Source: Candidatus Aenigmatarchaeota archaeon
GTDB taxonomy: Archaea; Aenigmatarchaeota; Aenigmatarchaeia; QMZP01; QMZT01
DNA: 64,000 bases
Assembly (NCBI GenBank): GCA_041489155.1
Contig: JBGPQP010000002.1
Span: forward strand, 1-64,000
Direction of reading: 5' to 3'
The position numbers and the translations under genes were made by a program. Below are positions 38,070 through 47,882 of this stretch, one piece after another; position 1 is the first letter of the stretch; the number at the start of each line of letters is the position of its first letter. The notes under the pieces were generated by a model. The model was not told the origin of the DNA. It made no database searches and saw only the letters and a list, made by a program, of their open reading frames with translations.

Positions 38070-39074
38070 TCATCTCCCGTATGTTACTCTGACGCACTTT
38101 CTCGATGCGGAAATTTTTCTGATTTTGAAATTCTTGTCTATCAGCCATAGATAGCCAAGGATTGAGTTTATCAGGAAATTCCAGTTGTCTTTCTCTTTCT
38201 GGATTCCGTACGGCGGATTCCTTATCTCGAAGAGTATGTTTTTCCTGACCATGATTTTTACGGATCCCCATCCCATCGCCTGTAGAAGCCCTTTCAGCAG
38301 GTTAAGTTTTCCTTTCGGCGAGGAATTTCTCTCAACGGTTTTTTTGAAGAAATTGTATGATATTTCCGGCACCTTGTCCATCAGGATGCCCGTGTTTCCC
38401 AGAAGATGAAACAGGGTGTTTTCAACTGGATATAGGGGTCTGTCCCTGAAATAAATCCTGTTTTTCCTAAGCTTGAATAAATTATGCCTTAGGGCGCTTA
38501 CGATGCTTGACCCTTCAAGCGAAGGGAGGGTGTTCAGCTGGTCATACACGTGTTTGGCTTTGTGTTCGATGCGGAAGGGTTTCGTTCCTCTGGTCCTGAA
38601 AACATACGTGTTTGAACTTCCGGACTGTAAGACGCTAATCACGTCTGCCTCCGAATTAAACAGAATGTTGCAAATCCCCGTGAAAAGCCCTACGGAAAAT
38701 TCGTTTTTCCCGACAACTTTTGTTATGGCCTCATTCCTGGTTTTAATCTCTATAAGGCCGTTTTTTTCTGATATGCTGAAGTCGTCCATCAGGCCGCCGT
38801 CGGCCCAGACATTCCTCATGACCCTGCCCAGGACAAAGAGGGGCAATTTTTTGATTGAGGCCGGGACGATTTCCATGAAGTAAAGCATCATCCATTTGCT
38901 GCCTGTCTCCTTCATCTCTTTGCCGTAGCCGGCATTCTCGCATGTCTTTATGTAGTCTGTGAATATGTCATTGAAAAACAGAGTATCTCTCCTTTTTCCT
39001 ATTCTGAGTTTGTTCAGCAAGCCTCCGTGGGATGATTCCAGAATCTTCCTCCTCAAGAGCTCGGACATTCTCAT
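38070..39074 (-). CDS. Hypothetical protein with probable tandem V4R-like small-ligand-binding domains
   Basis: Two similar halves; AMGWG motif and FSVGLFTGI helix typical of V4R folds (by eye). Confidence 0.55.
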   Translation of the reverse strand: MRMSELLRRKILESSHGGLLNKLRIGKRRDTLFFNDIFTDYIKTCENAGYGKEMKETGSKWMMLYFMEIVPASIKKLPLFVLGRVMRNVWADGGLMDDFSISEKNGLIEIKTRNEAITKVVGKNEFSVGLFTGICNILFNSEADVISVLQSGSSNTYVFRTRGTKPFRIEHKAKHVYDQLNTLPSLEGSSIVSALRHNLFKLRKNRIYFRDRPLYPVENTLFHLLGNTGILMDKVPEISYNFFKKTVERNSSPKGKLNLLKGLLQAMGWGSVKIMVRKNILFEIRNPPYGIQKEKDNWNFLINSILGYLWLIDKNFKIRKISASRKCVRVTYGR

Positions 39075-39119
39075 AGATATTTTTTGAATCCTGTATAAAA
39101 ATTGATGCGAAGCCGGGGA

Positions 39120-39785
39120 TCAGATGATCTTCGTCTCTGCCAGTTTCAAATCTTTCTCATCTATGACAAATTCGTACGGTATCTTGGGTTCGAAATTCGC
39201 ATAACGCATCTTGTGCACTGTCATCGTTCTCATCGGCTTTTCCTCCAGCTCGAGGAATGAAAGCGAAAGCACGCCGTCGCATTCGAACGACTCGCCGTTG
39301 CCCGTGTCCGTGTTCTCGCCCCTGGTCTCGCAGATAAGAAGCGTGCATCCCATGGATTTCAGGCTCCTGACGAGCTCGGAGAGATAGACCCTGTACGATC
39401 TGTCGTTCTCCGCGAATATGAGCAGCTTGTTGACGTTGTCTATCACGAGCCTGTCGATTTTCGGGTAAGAGGCGATTATGTCTATGAATTTCTTCATGGT
39501 TATGTTCTCGCCCAAGGGTATGTGCTCTATGGCAAAGTTCTTGCCCACGTATTTTTCGGCCTCGCTGAGTGCTTCTATACCCTTGCATGCGCGCAGGAGC
39601 TCTTCCTTGGTCTCATTCAAAGAGACGTAGCAGCACTTCTCCTTTTTCATAACGCCATCCATCAGGAACTTGAGCGCGAAAAGTGTCTTGCCTGAACCAG
39701 GACCGCCTGAAACGAGTACGGTCGTCCTTGCGGGGAAACCGCCTCCCAGAAGCTTGTCGAGTTTTTTGATGCCTGTGGTTATCAT
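39120..39785 (-). CDS. KaiC/RAD55-like ATPase
   Basis: TGIKKLDKLLGGG, GGPGSGKT, LVIDN, KMR. Confidence 0.9.
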   Translation of the reverse strand: MITTGIKKLDKLLGGGFPARTTVLVSGGPGSGKTLFALKFLMDGVMKKEKCCYVSLNETKEELLRACKGIEALSEAEKYVGKNFAIEHIPLGENITMKKFIDIIASYPKIDRLVIDNVNKLLIFAENDRSYRVYLSELVRSLKSMGCTLLICETRGENTDTGNGESFECDGVLSLSFLELEEKPMRTMTVHKMRYANFEPKIPYEFVIDEKDLKLAETKII

Positions 39786-39786
39786 A

Positions 39787-40128
39787 TCATCTCACCTCAT
39801 CCTCATCCTTGAATACGGGTATGCCGAACGTGGATTTTTTGAGCCTTATGATAAGGAAAACGTCATCGTGCAGTTTGAACGCCTTGGCCGGGACCTTTTT
39901 GTCCATGTTTTTTATTTCGAACTTTTCCAGTATCTTCTTGGGCATCATTATCCTGTTGCTGTTGCCAAGCTTCCCTGTCGTCAGGGAATTGACCATGAAG
40001 TTTGGCGCTGTCGGGATAAGAACGAGGTTTGTGGTCTGGTTGGTTATAAGGTCGTACTCGGCCTTCGAAACCTTCAGGTTTACTATTATTTCGTCTTTCT
40101 GGATGTCGACTGACTGCACATCGGCCAT
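39787..40128 (-). CDS. Small hypothetical protein, possibly AbrB-like swapped hairpin
   Basis: GKLGNSNRIMMPKKIL; immediately upstream of the KaiC-like gene. Confidence 0.6.
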   Translation of the reverse strand: MADVQSVDIQKDEIIVNLKVSKAEYDLITNQTTNLVLIPTAPNFMVNSLTTGKLGNSNRIMMPKKILEKFEIKNMDKKVPAKAFKLHDDVFLIIRLKKSTFGIPVFKDEDEVR

Positions 40129-40222
40129 AAGTTATATATTTTGTTCAAATATTTAAACTTTTGGACCGGTTTCTTATCGCAAACCGAGGAAAATTTATTA
40201 GCGCCCGATTCAATACTTCTAC

Positions 40223-41080
40223 ATGGCTTCTGGAAAGGGGAAAAAGACGGGCAAGAAGGAAGACAAAAAGACAGAGGAAATGGCAGAAAAAACAGAGGAA
40301 AGGGGGTTAAACAAAGAAAAGGCGAGGCCGGTGGAAAAGGAGGATTCCCGTTTCATAAAAACGGGGATCTCCGGTTTTGACAAGCTGCTTGAAAAAGGGA
40401 TACCAAAGGGGTCAGCGGTTCTGATAGCAGGCGGCGCAGGATCGGGCAAGACGATAATGTGCCTGCAGATCCTAGCTAATGCCGCGAAAAGCGGAAAGAA
40501 GTGCATGTACATGTCCTTCGAGGAATCCGAATCCCGCCTCCGCAAGCACATGGACGACTTCGGATGGAACCCCGCCAAACTCGAAAAAAACGGTAATCTT
40601 ATGATAAAGAGGATGAATTCTTATGAGATCGCAAGGTCGGTGGAGGCGATGCTGACGAAGGAGCGCGGCGAGCTGATGATAGACATAGAGCCCGTCCTCT
40701 TGCCCGAAGGTTTCAGGCCGGACATTATAGTCGTCGATTCCCTAAGTTCGATAGCTTCCTACTTCACCGGGAGAACCGAGCATTACAGGGGCTACATAGA
40801 GCAGATTTTCAGGCACTTCGAAAAGATGGGCATTACATCCTTCATGATAACCGAGACGAAGCAGATTCCCGAGACGTTCAGTCCGACGGGCGTCGAGGAG
40901 TTCCTGGCGGACGGCGTAGTCGTCCTGTACAACATACGCAAGGGCGACGTGCGCGAGAACGCCATCGAAATCCTCAAGCTCCGCGGGGCGAAACATCTGA
41001 AAAAGATAGTGGCCATGCAGATTGTCGACGGCGAAGGCATCGCAATCTATCCGGAGCAGGAAGTCTTCGGCGGCCTGTGA
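40223..41080 (+). CDS. KaiC/RAD55-like ATPase with charged N-terminal extension
   Basis: TGISGFD, GGAGSGKT, SFEE, VVDSL, EEFLADGV, KLRG. Confidence 0.92.
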   Translation: MASGKGKKTGKKEDKKTEEMAEKTEERGLNKEKARPVEKEDSRFIKTGISGFDKLLEKGIPKGSAVLIAGGAGSGKTIMCLQILANAAKSGKKCMYMSFEESESRLRKHMDDFGWNPAKLEKNGNLMIKRMNSYEIARSVEAMLTKERGELMIDIEPVLLPEGFRPDIIVVDSLSSIASYFTGRTEHYRGYIEQIFRHFEKMGITSFMITETKQIPETFSPTGVEEFLADGVVVLYNIRKGDVRENAIEILKLRGAKHLKKIVAMQIVDGEGIAIYPEQEVFGGL

Positions 41081-41114
41081 TTGCGGCGATTGCAGTCTTC
41101 TTATAATTCATGCC

Positions 41115-41273
41115 CTATGTCCAGAGCTCGTCCATTTCTTCCTGAGGCTCGAAGACCACGCCGAATTTCGAGAAAACGGTCGAACATTTGGGACAAATGA
41201 AAGCCTCAGGCTGCTTGTTCCACAGCTTCCCGTAAGTGCCGCAGGTGGGACAATTGTAATCGAACAGAAACAT
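41115..41273 (-). CDS. Small Zn-ribbon protein
   Basis: CPTCG...CPKC; acidic C-terminus. Confidence 0.65.
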   Translation of the reverse strand: MFLFDYNCPTCGTYGKLWNKQPEAFICPKCSTVFSKFGVVFEPQEEMDELWT

Positions 41274-41324
41274 GCTTGTACCTTTCCCTCCCATCAACCG
41301 AACAAAAAGATTGCAAAAAAGCAA

Positions 41325-41720
41325 TCACTTTAATTTATTTTTGTTGCCAACTTTTATATTGTTTTTCTGTGCGTAATCAAGAATTGCGAGCCTTTTCTTC
41401 CTTCCGACAGTCGAGGCGATGATTGCGATTTCGTCTTTTTTGTTTATTTTTTCAATTTCCATGACATTCCTCACAACGATTTCCATGTAGCCTTCCCTGT
41501 TGAGGCCGCGGACTCCGACGGGAGAGCCGTAACCCGGTCTTGGAAGCGCGCCTCTCGCTTTCCTGTGCTCGCGGAGTTTCGAGTGGATGCCCCTGGGCTT
41601 TCTCCACTTGTCGCCGACGCGCTTCATCCTGAACCATTCCTGGCGCCTGAAAGAGGGTTTCTTCTTCTTTATCCTTTTTCTGATTTCAAGCAGCTCTTCT
41701 TTGCTTTTATTGTTTTTCAT
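41325..41720 (-). CDS. rpl32e: 50S ribosomal protein L32e
   Basis: KPSFRRQE, WRKPRGIHSK, PGYGSP. Confidence 0.96.
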   Translation of the reverse strand: MKNNKSKEELLEIRKRIKKKKPSFRRQEWFRMKRVGDKWRKPRGIHSKLREHRKARGALPRPGYGSPVGVRGLNREGYMEIVVRNVMEIEKINKKDEIAIIASTVGRKKRLAILDYAQKNNIKVGNKNKLK

Positions 41721-42255
41721 CCTCTCCCTCCACGTAAGGCGACCTGGTTATGTAAATGCCGTCCTGAAAAACACGCTTGTCGTAGCCCCTGATCTTGGTG
41801 GTCTGCTCTATTCTGCCGCAGACCTGCCCGACCCTTTCCTTATCCATGCCTGAAACATAAACCGCGTTCTTGTCTATTTCGACTTTCATGTCCGCCGGGA
41901 CCGGAACGGTTCTAGGGCTCTTCTCACCAAGGAAGTTGTCTATGTAAAGCTTGCCGCCCTCGATTTTCAGCTTCACCGGGAAATGGGTGTAAACCAGCTT
42001 GAGTTCGCCCTTCCATCCCTTGGTGACGCCGATGAACATGTTCCTTATCAGAACCTGCCAAGTTCCTATTATGGCCTTTACCTTTTTCCTGTCAATGCCG
42101 GAAACGAGGGTGATTTTCCTTCCCTCCAGCTTCAGGCTGACCTGCGGGTTCTGGAGCATCTTGCTGACGCTGCCTTTACTGCCCTTAACGTTAAGGGTGT
42201 TATTTTCCAGCGTCGCCTCGATTCCTTCCGGAATTTCTATTTCAGTTTTCAGCAT
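41707..42255 (-). CDS. rpl6: 50S ribosomal protein L6
   Basis: VYTHFP, NFLGEK, DKRVFQDGIY. Confidence 0.96.
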   Translation of the reverse strand: MLKTEIEIPEGIEATLENNTLNVKGSKGSVSKMLQNPQVSLKLEGRKITLVSGIDRKKVKAIIGTWQVLIRNMFIGVTKGWKGELKLVYTHFPVKLKIEGGKLYIDNFLGEKSPRTVPVPADMKVEIDKNAVYVSGMDKERVGQVCGRIEQTTKIRGYDKRVFQDGIYITRSPYVEGEDEKQ

Positions 42256-42306
42256 ACCATGACCTCTTGAAATATGAATATCTTTAGAAGGTAATATATT
42301 TAAGCC

Positions 42307-43563
42307 TTATTTCTTTTTCCTGGAGGCTTTCTTCTCCTTGGTTTTCTTGGCTGCGGGAGGCCTTTCTCTTTTCTTCTCTTCCTTTGCCTTCTTTGCTGTT
42401 TCTTCCTTGGCCGCCTCTTTTTCTTGTTCGGGTTCCGCCTCTTCCTTCTTTATCTCAGGCATGCGGCCGATCAGCGTGAAGGCGCCCGTTCCCATGGGTA
42501 TCACCTGGTTCATTATTATGTTTTCCACGTGGCCCTTCAGAGGGTCCTTCAAGCCTTCTATTGCGGCGGCTATAATATGTTTCTTGGTTTCCTCAAAGGC
42601 CATCCTGGCGAGGACCGAGTCCTTGTTGCCGGCTATGCCATAACGCCCTATGCCCATTATCCTTCCGTTCGACGTCATAAGGTCGGCAAGTATCGAGACA
42701 TAGCGGATGTCGACGCCGAGGCCCTGCTCGCTTATGGTCTCGACCGCTTCCTTTATGATCGCGTTCCTCGCGGCCTCGACGCCAAGCACGTCGTATACCT
42801 CAAAGGGGTTGTTGCATGTCGTTCTCGTAGCATCGACGCCTTCGATTGAAAGCACCTTGCGCAGGTTCGAACCGAGCGTTGAAATCACCCATTCGCCGCT
42901 GTCCTCCTTGCTCACGATCACGTGGGAGATGTTCTTGACCCCCTTTATGTGGGTTTCCAGGAGCTTGTACTTGAGCTTGTGGAGGTTGATGCTCTCGGCC
43001 TTTTTGGAAGTGACTATGAGTTCCCTGCCCTTTGAATCGACATCGACGTTCTTCAGCTTTACGTGCTTCGTCAGCTCCTTCGGGTCAAGGTCGAATTTCT
43101 TCAGCTTTTCTATGTCCAGATGGCACGAAACGGTCAGGTTTATCAGGTCTATGACATCGCTGAGCACGAAGTCCTTGAGCTTGACTTCCTTTATCTTCTT
43201 GGCGATTTCTATCGCCTTGTCTTCCGTGTTGTGCTCATGCATGAGGTATATGGTCATGCTCGGCGTCTCGGGCTCCTTCTTGGCGTCGAATATCTCGGCG
43301 AGCCTCGGAAGGCCCAGCGTGACCTGGATGCCCGCAGTACCTGCGAAATGGTACGTACGCATGGTCATCTGCGTCGCAGGCTCTGAAAGCGACTGCGCTG
43401 TGACGACGCCGATCGCTTCTTCAGGGTCGTACATTGACATCTTGTAGAAGTGCCTGACCTTTTCCAGTATCTCCTTTCTTTTATCCTCGTCCAGCCCCTT
43501 CCTCTTGCAGTAATCCTCGACTTCATCTCTTATCTTTAAAGGCAGTCTGTCCATGTTAACCAT
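42307..43563 (-). CDS. rpoA2: RNA polymerase subunit A'' (Rpo1C)
   Basis: AQSLSEPATQMTMRTYH, TLGLPRL, ARMAFEET. Confidence 0.96.
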   Translation of the reverse strand: MVNMDRLPLKIRDEVEDYCKRKGLDEDKRKEILEKVRHFYKMSMYDPEEAIGVVTAQSLSEPATQMTMRTYHFAGTAGIQVTLGLPRLAEIFDAKKEPETPSMTIYLMHEHNTEDKAIEIAKKIKEVKLKDFVLSDVIDLINLTVSCHLDIEKLKKFDLDPKELTKHVKLKNVDVDSKGRELIVTSKKAESINLHKLKYKLLETHIKGVKNISHVIVSKEDSGEWVISTLGSNLRKVLSIEGVDATRTTCNNPFEVYDVLGVEAARNAIIKEAVETISEQGLGVDIRYVSILADLMTSNGRIMGIGRYGIAGNKDSVLARMAFEETKKHIIAAAIEGLKDPLKGHVENIIMNQVIPMGTGAFTLIGRMPEIKKEEAEPEQEKEAAKEETAKKAKEEKKRERPPAAKKTKEKKASRKKK

Positions 43564-46090
43564 GCTCCACGTAATCCACCCAGTTTAGCTTGCCCCAGTC
43601 GGATTTGGTCGGGTCAATGCCGTCGTCTCCGGCATAGAACTGGATAACGTTGCCATTCGAATCTCGTACGCTCATGTCGTCCCAGACCTTCAGATCCTGC
43701 AGGGAGTTCATGAGGCGGCGCTGCATGTAGCCCGATTTCCTCGTGCGCAGCGACTTGTCCATGAGGCCCTCGCGGCCGTTCATCACGTTCCAGAAAAATT
43801 CGAAGGGCGTCAGCCCCTGTTTGAAGCCGCGCGCTACGAAGCCCCTTGTCTCGGCAGAAAGGTCGCCGACTCTGAAATGCGTCGTGGTCCTTCCCATGTA
43901 GCCTCTCTGTATCCTCTTTCCGAGAATGGTTTCCGAACCTACGCAGGCAGACATCTGGGTCGTGTTTATGTTCGAACCCTTCGCGCCTGAGCCGGACATC
44001 ACGAGGATGTCGCTCGGCTTGATATTCTTTATCATGATATCGCTTACCTTGTTCAGGCCTTCGGCAAGGGTGGAAAGTATCTGGGTTTCAAGCGATTCCT
44101 CCGGCGTCATGCCGGGGAGGATTTTGAGCTTCCCCTCGCCGAACTTGTCGACCAGCTTGTCCGAATCTTTCATGGCCTTCTTTATCTCGTCCTCAATCAC
44201 ATGCTCGACCCTTGCCGGCACGTCGAGATCAGAAATGCCGATGGAAAACCCTCTCATCATGAGGTATGACGCACCGACCCTTCCGAGGCGGTCTATGAAG
44301 TTCTTTAGCTCGTCGTCGCTGACGAGGCGCCTTACCTTGTTGAGCATTTTCCCCTTGAAAGCGCCGACCGCCCTCGTGTCTATCACTCCACTTTTCAGCT
44401 CGCCGTTCTTTATGCAGACCCAGCAGTCGTGCTTGCATTCCTCCTTGGAGCACCTGTCGCACTCCTTGCAGGCATTCGCCTTGAAATTCATGTTGAGCTT
44501 CTTGGGCAACAGAAGGCTTACTATTTCCTTGCCGGTGAACTCCTTCTTGTCGGGAAGCTCAAGGTCTATCGCCGCGCGCGATAAAAGCTCTGCCGCCGCC
44601 TTCCTCGAAAGGACAGTCTCACTCTTGGTAAGGAGGTACATGCCCGATACTTGATCGAGGTCCAGGCCCACCAGCGGGCCGCCGAACCTCGGGGAAATTA
44701 TGTTATTCTTGACCTCCATGAGCATGGATGCTTCGACCTGCGCTTCCTCGGACTGGAGGGCATGGATGTTCATCTCGTCGCCGTCGAAGTCTGCGTTGTA
44801 AGGCGCGCAAACGCTCGGGTTCATCCTGAACGTGCGGTAAGGCATTACCTTTACCCTGTGAACCATTATGGAAACCCTGTGAAGCGAAGGCTGCCTGTTG
44901 AACAGGACGACGTCGCCGTCCTTAAGCTGCCTGTCAACGCTCCAGCCCGCTGCAAGGTTTGTAGTTATGTCCTTCCTGTTCTCTTCCGTGACCTTTATCT
45001 TCCTGCCGTCAGGCCTCGTTATGTAGTTCACCTTGCCGTCCTTTATCATGTCCTTTATGTTCTTGATGTTGAGCTGTGTGATGGTCTCCGGGATTGTCAG
45101 CTCTTTCGCGACCTCCTCAGCGGGAATGCCGACCTCGTTTATGGAAAGCGTCGGGTCGGGCGAGATGACCGTGCGTGACGAATAGTTAACCCTCTTGCCG
45201 AGCAGGTTCCCTCGTATGCGCCCTTCCTTTGCCTTCAATCTCTGGATTATGCCCTTTAACGGGCGTCCGGATCTGTGCCTCGCCTGGGGGATGCCGGTCA
45301 GCTCGTTGTCGAAATAAGTCGCGACATGATATTGCAGCAGCTCCCACAGATCGTTGAGTATGAATTCGGGCGCGCCGATGTCTATGTTCTCCTTGAGCGA
45401 CTGGTTTATCCTGACTATGTCGACTAGCTTGTGGGTGAGGTCGTCCTCCGAGCGCTCGCCCGTCTCCAGCGTAATCGACGGCCTCATGGTGACCGGCGGT
45501 ATGGGGAAAAGCGTCAGTGCCAGCCATTCGGGCCGTCCGCCGCGGAAGCCGATCTTCTGAAGATCCTCGTCAGGCACGCGCTCGCACCATTCCCTTATCT
45601 GCATCGGGTTCAGCTCTTCCTTGCCGTAATAATAAGTATAAGGCTTGACGAATGTGACCTTGCTTCCCTGCTTTTCGCAGTGAGGGCATTTCCTTAGCGG
45701 CGCCTTGGAAACCTGATCCAGCGAGCGGGGCGCCTTGTGCAGGAGCCTGCCACATTTGGAGCACGTCGCTTTCAGCAGCTGGTATACCTGCTTGGTGTAG
45801 AGAACATGAACAACCGGCCTTGCCAGCTCGACGTAGCCGAAATGGCCCGGGCAGTCTCCTATCGCGCCGCCGCATGTCCTGCAACGAAGGCCTGGATCAA
45901 CGACTCCCATTCTCGGATCCATCGCCCCTCCGTCGACCGGGTAGCCGTCGGCGTCGTAAAGGTCGGACGTGACAATCCTTACCGTCGCCAGGGATTTCAT
46001 TATGACCGGCGAAAGCAAGCCGAAATCAATTGAACTTATCTTCGATGAACTTATCTTCGAGAGATCCATACATCCACCATCAGATTTCAA
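43556..46090 (-). CDS. rpoA1: RNA polymerase subunit A' (Rpo1N)
   Basis: CPGHFG, NRQPSLH, catalytic NADFDGD, SGYMQRRL; start may be MDLSK at 46069. Confidence 0.97.
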   Translation of the reverse strand: MKSDGGCMDLSKISSSKISSIDFGLLSPVIMKSLATVRIVTSDLYDADGYPVDGGAMDPRMGVVDPGLRCRTCGGAIGDCPGHFGYVELARPVVHVLYTKQVYQLLKATCSKCGRLLHKAPRSLDQVSKAPLRKCPHCEKQGSKVTFVKPYTYYYGKEELNPMQIREWCERVPDEDLQKIGFRGGRPEWLALTLFPIPPVTMRPSITLETGERSEDDLTHKLVDIVRINQSLKENIDIGAPEFILNDLWELLQYHVATYFDNELTGIPQARHRSGRPLKGIIQRLKAKEGRIRGNLLGKRVNYSSRTVISPDPTLSINEVGIPAEEVAKELTIPETITQLNIKNIKDMIKDGKVNYITRPDGRKIKVTEENRKDITTNLAAGWSVDRQLKDGDVVLFNRQPSLHRVSIMVHRVKVMPYRTFRMNPSVCAPYNADFDGDEMNIHALQSEEAQVEASMLMEVKNNIISPRFGGPLVGLDLDQVSGMYLLTKSETVLSRKAAAELLSRAAIDLELPDKKEFTGKEIVSLLLPKKLNMNFKANACKECDRCSKEECKHDCWVCIKNGELKSGVIDTRAVGAFKGKMLNKVRRLVSDDELKNFIDRLGRVGASYLMMRGFSIGISDLDVPARVEHVIEDEIKKAMKDSDKLVDKFGEGKLKILPGMTPEESLETQILSTLAEGLNKVSDIMIKNIKPSDILVMSGSGAKGSNINTTQMSACVGSETILGKRIQRGYMGRTTTHFRVGDLSAETRGFVARGFKQGLTPFEFFWNVMNGREGLMDKSLRTRKSGYMQRRLMNSLQDLKVWDDMSVRDSNGNVIQFYAGDDGIDPTKSDWGKLNWVDYVEHG

Positions 46091-47882
46091 TCACGTTGAG
46101 TTTCGGGTATACGCCAAGCGATTTAAGCTCATCCATGGTCAGCTTGAAAGCGTACGACGTCGAAACCCAGAGTATCTTTGAGTCCTTGCATATCGGGCAG
46201 TACGTCTTGTTCTTCGTCTTGTCGTGTATCGCGATGAGGCCGCATGACTGGCATATGGGCAGCGACGTTTCGTCGGAACTGAACCTTTCCTTAAGTGTCA
46301 GCGCCGCGCCATGTCCTACAAGGCATTGCTGCTCCATCTCGCCGAGGCGAAGGCCGCCGCGCTTTGAGCGCCCTTCTGTCGGCTGCCTCGTGAGCAGGGT
46401 GACCGGTCCTTTCGACCTGGCATGAATCTTGTCAGCTACCATGTGGTCCAGTTTCATGTAATACACGACCCCCGTGAAAATCATGACCTCGAATTTCCTT
46501 CCAGTCCTTCCATCGTAAAGCGTTTCCTTGCCGTCGTCCCTGAAGCCAAGTCTCTTCATTTCCTTGCGGATGAAGTCCTCCTTCATGCCGGAGAAGGCTG
46601 ACGCATCGATCCTGCTGCCTGCTATGGAGCCGTACTTTCCGGCAAGAAGCTCAAGCAGCTGGCTCACCGTCATCCTAGAAGGGATGCCGTGCGGATTGAA
46701 GACGATGTCAGGAACGATGCCTTCTTTTGTGAAGGGCATGTCTTCCTGCGAGACCAGCAGCGCAGTCACGCCTTTTTGGCCGTGCCTGGTTGCGAACTTG
46801 TCTCCTAGCTCAGGAATGCGCTCGTCCCTTGTCCTCACCTTGAACAGCTGCTCGCCGCTCGAGGTCTCGCTTATCAGTATCCTGTCGACTATGCCCCTCT
46901 CGCCGTATCTTATCGTGACAGATGATTCGCGCTTGTTCTCGATGTCAGTCGTGAAGTCGCCTCCTGTCAGGAAGCGGAGCGGCGAGGTCTTGCCTATGAG
47001 GACGGAATCGGATTCCACCGGCGTTTCCGGGTTTATGATGCCGTCTTCAGGGATTTCCTTGTAGGCTTCCTCTCCCCTGTAGCCCTTTATGCCCGGCTCG
47101 GGGATGCTTATTATGTCCTCCTGGCCACCCCAGTAACGCTTGCGGATGGTTTCATACGTCCTGAAGTAGAATGACCTGAACATGCCCCTGTCGACGGACG
47201 CCTTGTTAAGCACGACGGCGTCGTTCATGTTGAAGCCGTCCCAGCACATGACTGCGACGACGATGTTCTGGCCGTAGGGATGCTGGCACAAAATCTTGTC
47301 CGTCGCGGTGTCGACAAGCGGCATCTGCGCATACGTGAGTATGTTGAACTTGGTGTCGGTCCTCACATGGAAATTGTCGATCGGTGCGCCTATCGCCTGG
47401 CCCACCATTTTCGCGCCGTAGTTGACGCGGTCGCCGCGGTTGTATTCCGGGTAAGGCGTAAGGCTTGCGGAAATGCCAAGGATTATGATGGGGTTGAGCT
47501 CGACATGCGTGTGCTCTTTCGTTATCTTGCTCTCGTCTATCGCTATAAGCGTGTTCTCCTCTTCCTCGGCATCGATGTATTCCACGATGCCGTGCTTCAC
47601 CAGGAAGCTCCACGTTATCTTGCTCTTGCCGAGCTTGTCTACGTGGTCCTTCGTCAGCTTGGATTTCCCGTCCTCGACCACGACAAGCGGCCGCCTCGCG
47701 CGGCCGGAATCAGTGTTTATCCTTATCTCGTTGAACATGGGATGGAAGGAAACGTTCAGCTGGTCCGGGAGCAGGCCGTGCCTTCTCTTCTTTCTTAGTT
47801 CCACTGTCAGCTCCTCGGGCTTGTTGGTTGTGCCTATGAAGTTGCCATTGAAGTAAATATCGCTCTCGTTCTTTCCCTTCAT
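46080..47882 (-). CDS. rpoB1: RNA polymerase subunit B' (Rpo2C)
   Basis: GDKFATRHGQKG, PSRMT, KLDHMV, GLRLGEME. Confidence 0.97.
   Translation of the reverse strand: MKGKNESDIYFNGNFIGTTNKPEELTVELRKKRRHGLLPDQLNVSFHPMFNEIRINTDSGRARRPLVVVEDGKSKLTKDHVDKLGKSKITWSFLVKHGIVEYIDAEEEENTLIAIDESKITKEHTHVELNPIIILGISASLTPYPEYNRGDRVNYGAKMVGQAIGAPIDNFHVRTDTKFNILTYAQMPLVDTATDKILCQHPYGQNIVVAVMCWDGFNMNDAVVLNKASVDRGMFRSFYFRTYETIRKRYWGGQEDIISIPEPGIKGYRGEEAYKEIPEDGIINPETPVESDSVLIGKTSPLRFLTGGDFTTDIENKRESSVTIRYGERGIVDRILISETSSGEQLFKVRTRDERIPELGDKFATRHGQKGVTALLVSQEDMPFTKEGIVPDIVFNPHGIPSRMTVSQLLELLAGKYGSIAGSRIDASAFSGMKEDFIRKEMKRLGFRDDGKETLYDGRTGRKFEVMIFTGVVYYMKLDHMVADKIHARSKGPVTLLTRQPTEGRSKRGGLRLGEMEQQCLVGHGAALTLKERFSSDETSLPICQSCGLIAIHDKTKNKTYCPICKDSKILWVSTSYAFKLTMDELKSLGVYPKLNVIEI

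Noticed and set aside
39120..41080. Circadian KaiABC clock
   Set aside because: These are single-domain KaiC-like ATPases and no KaiA or KaiB is recognisable.
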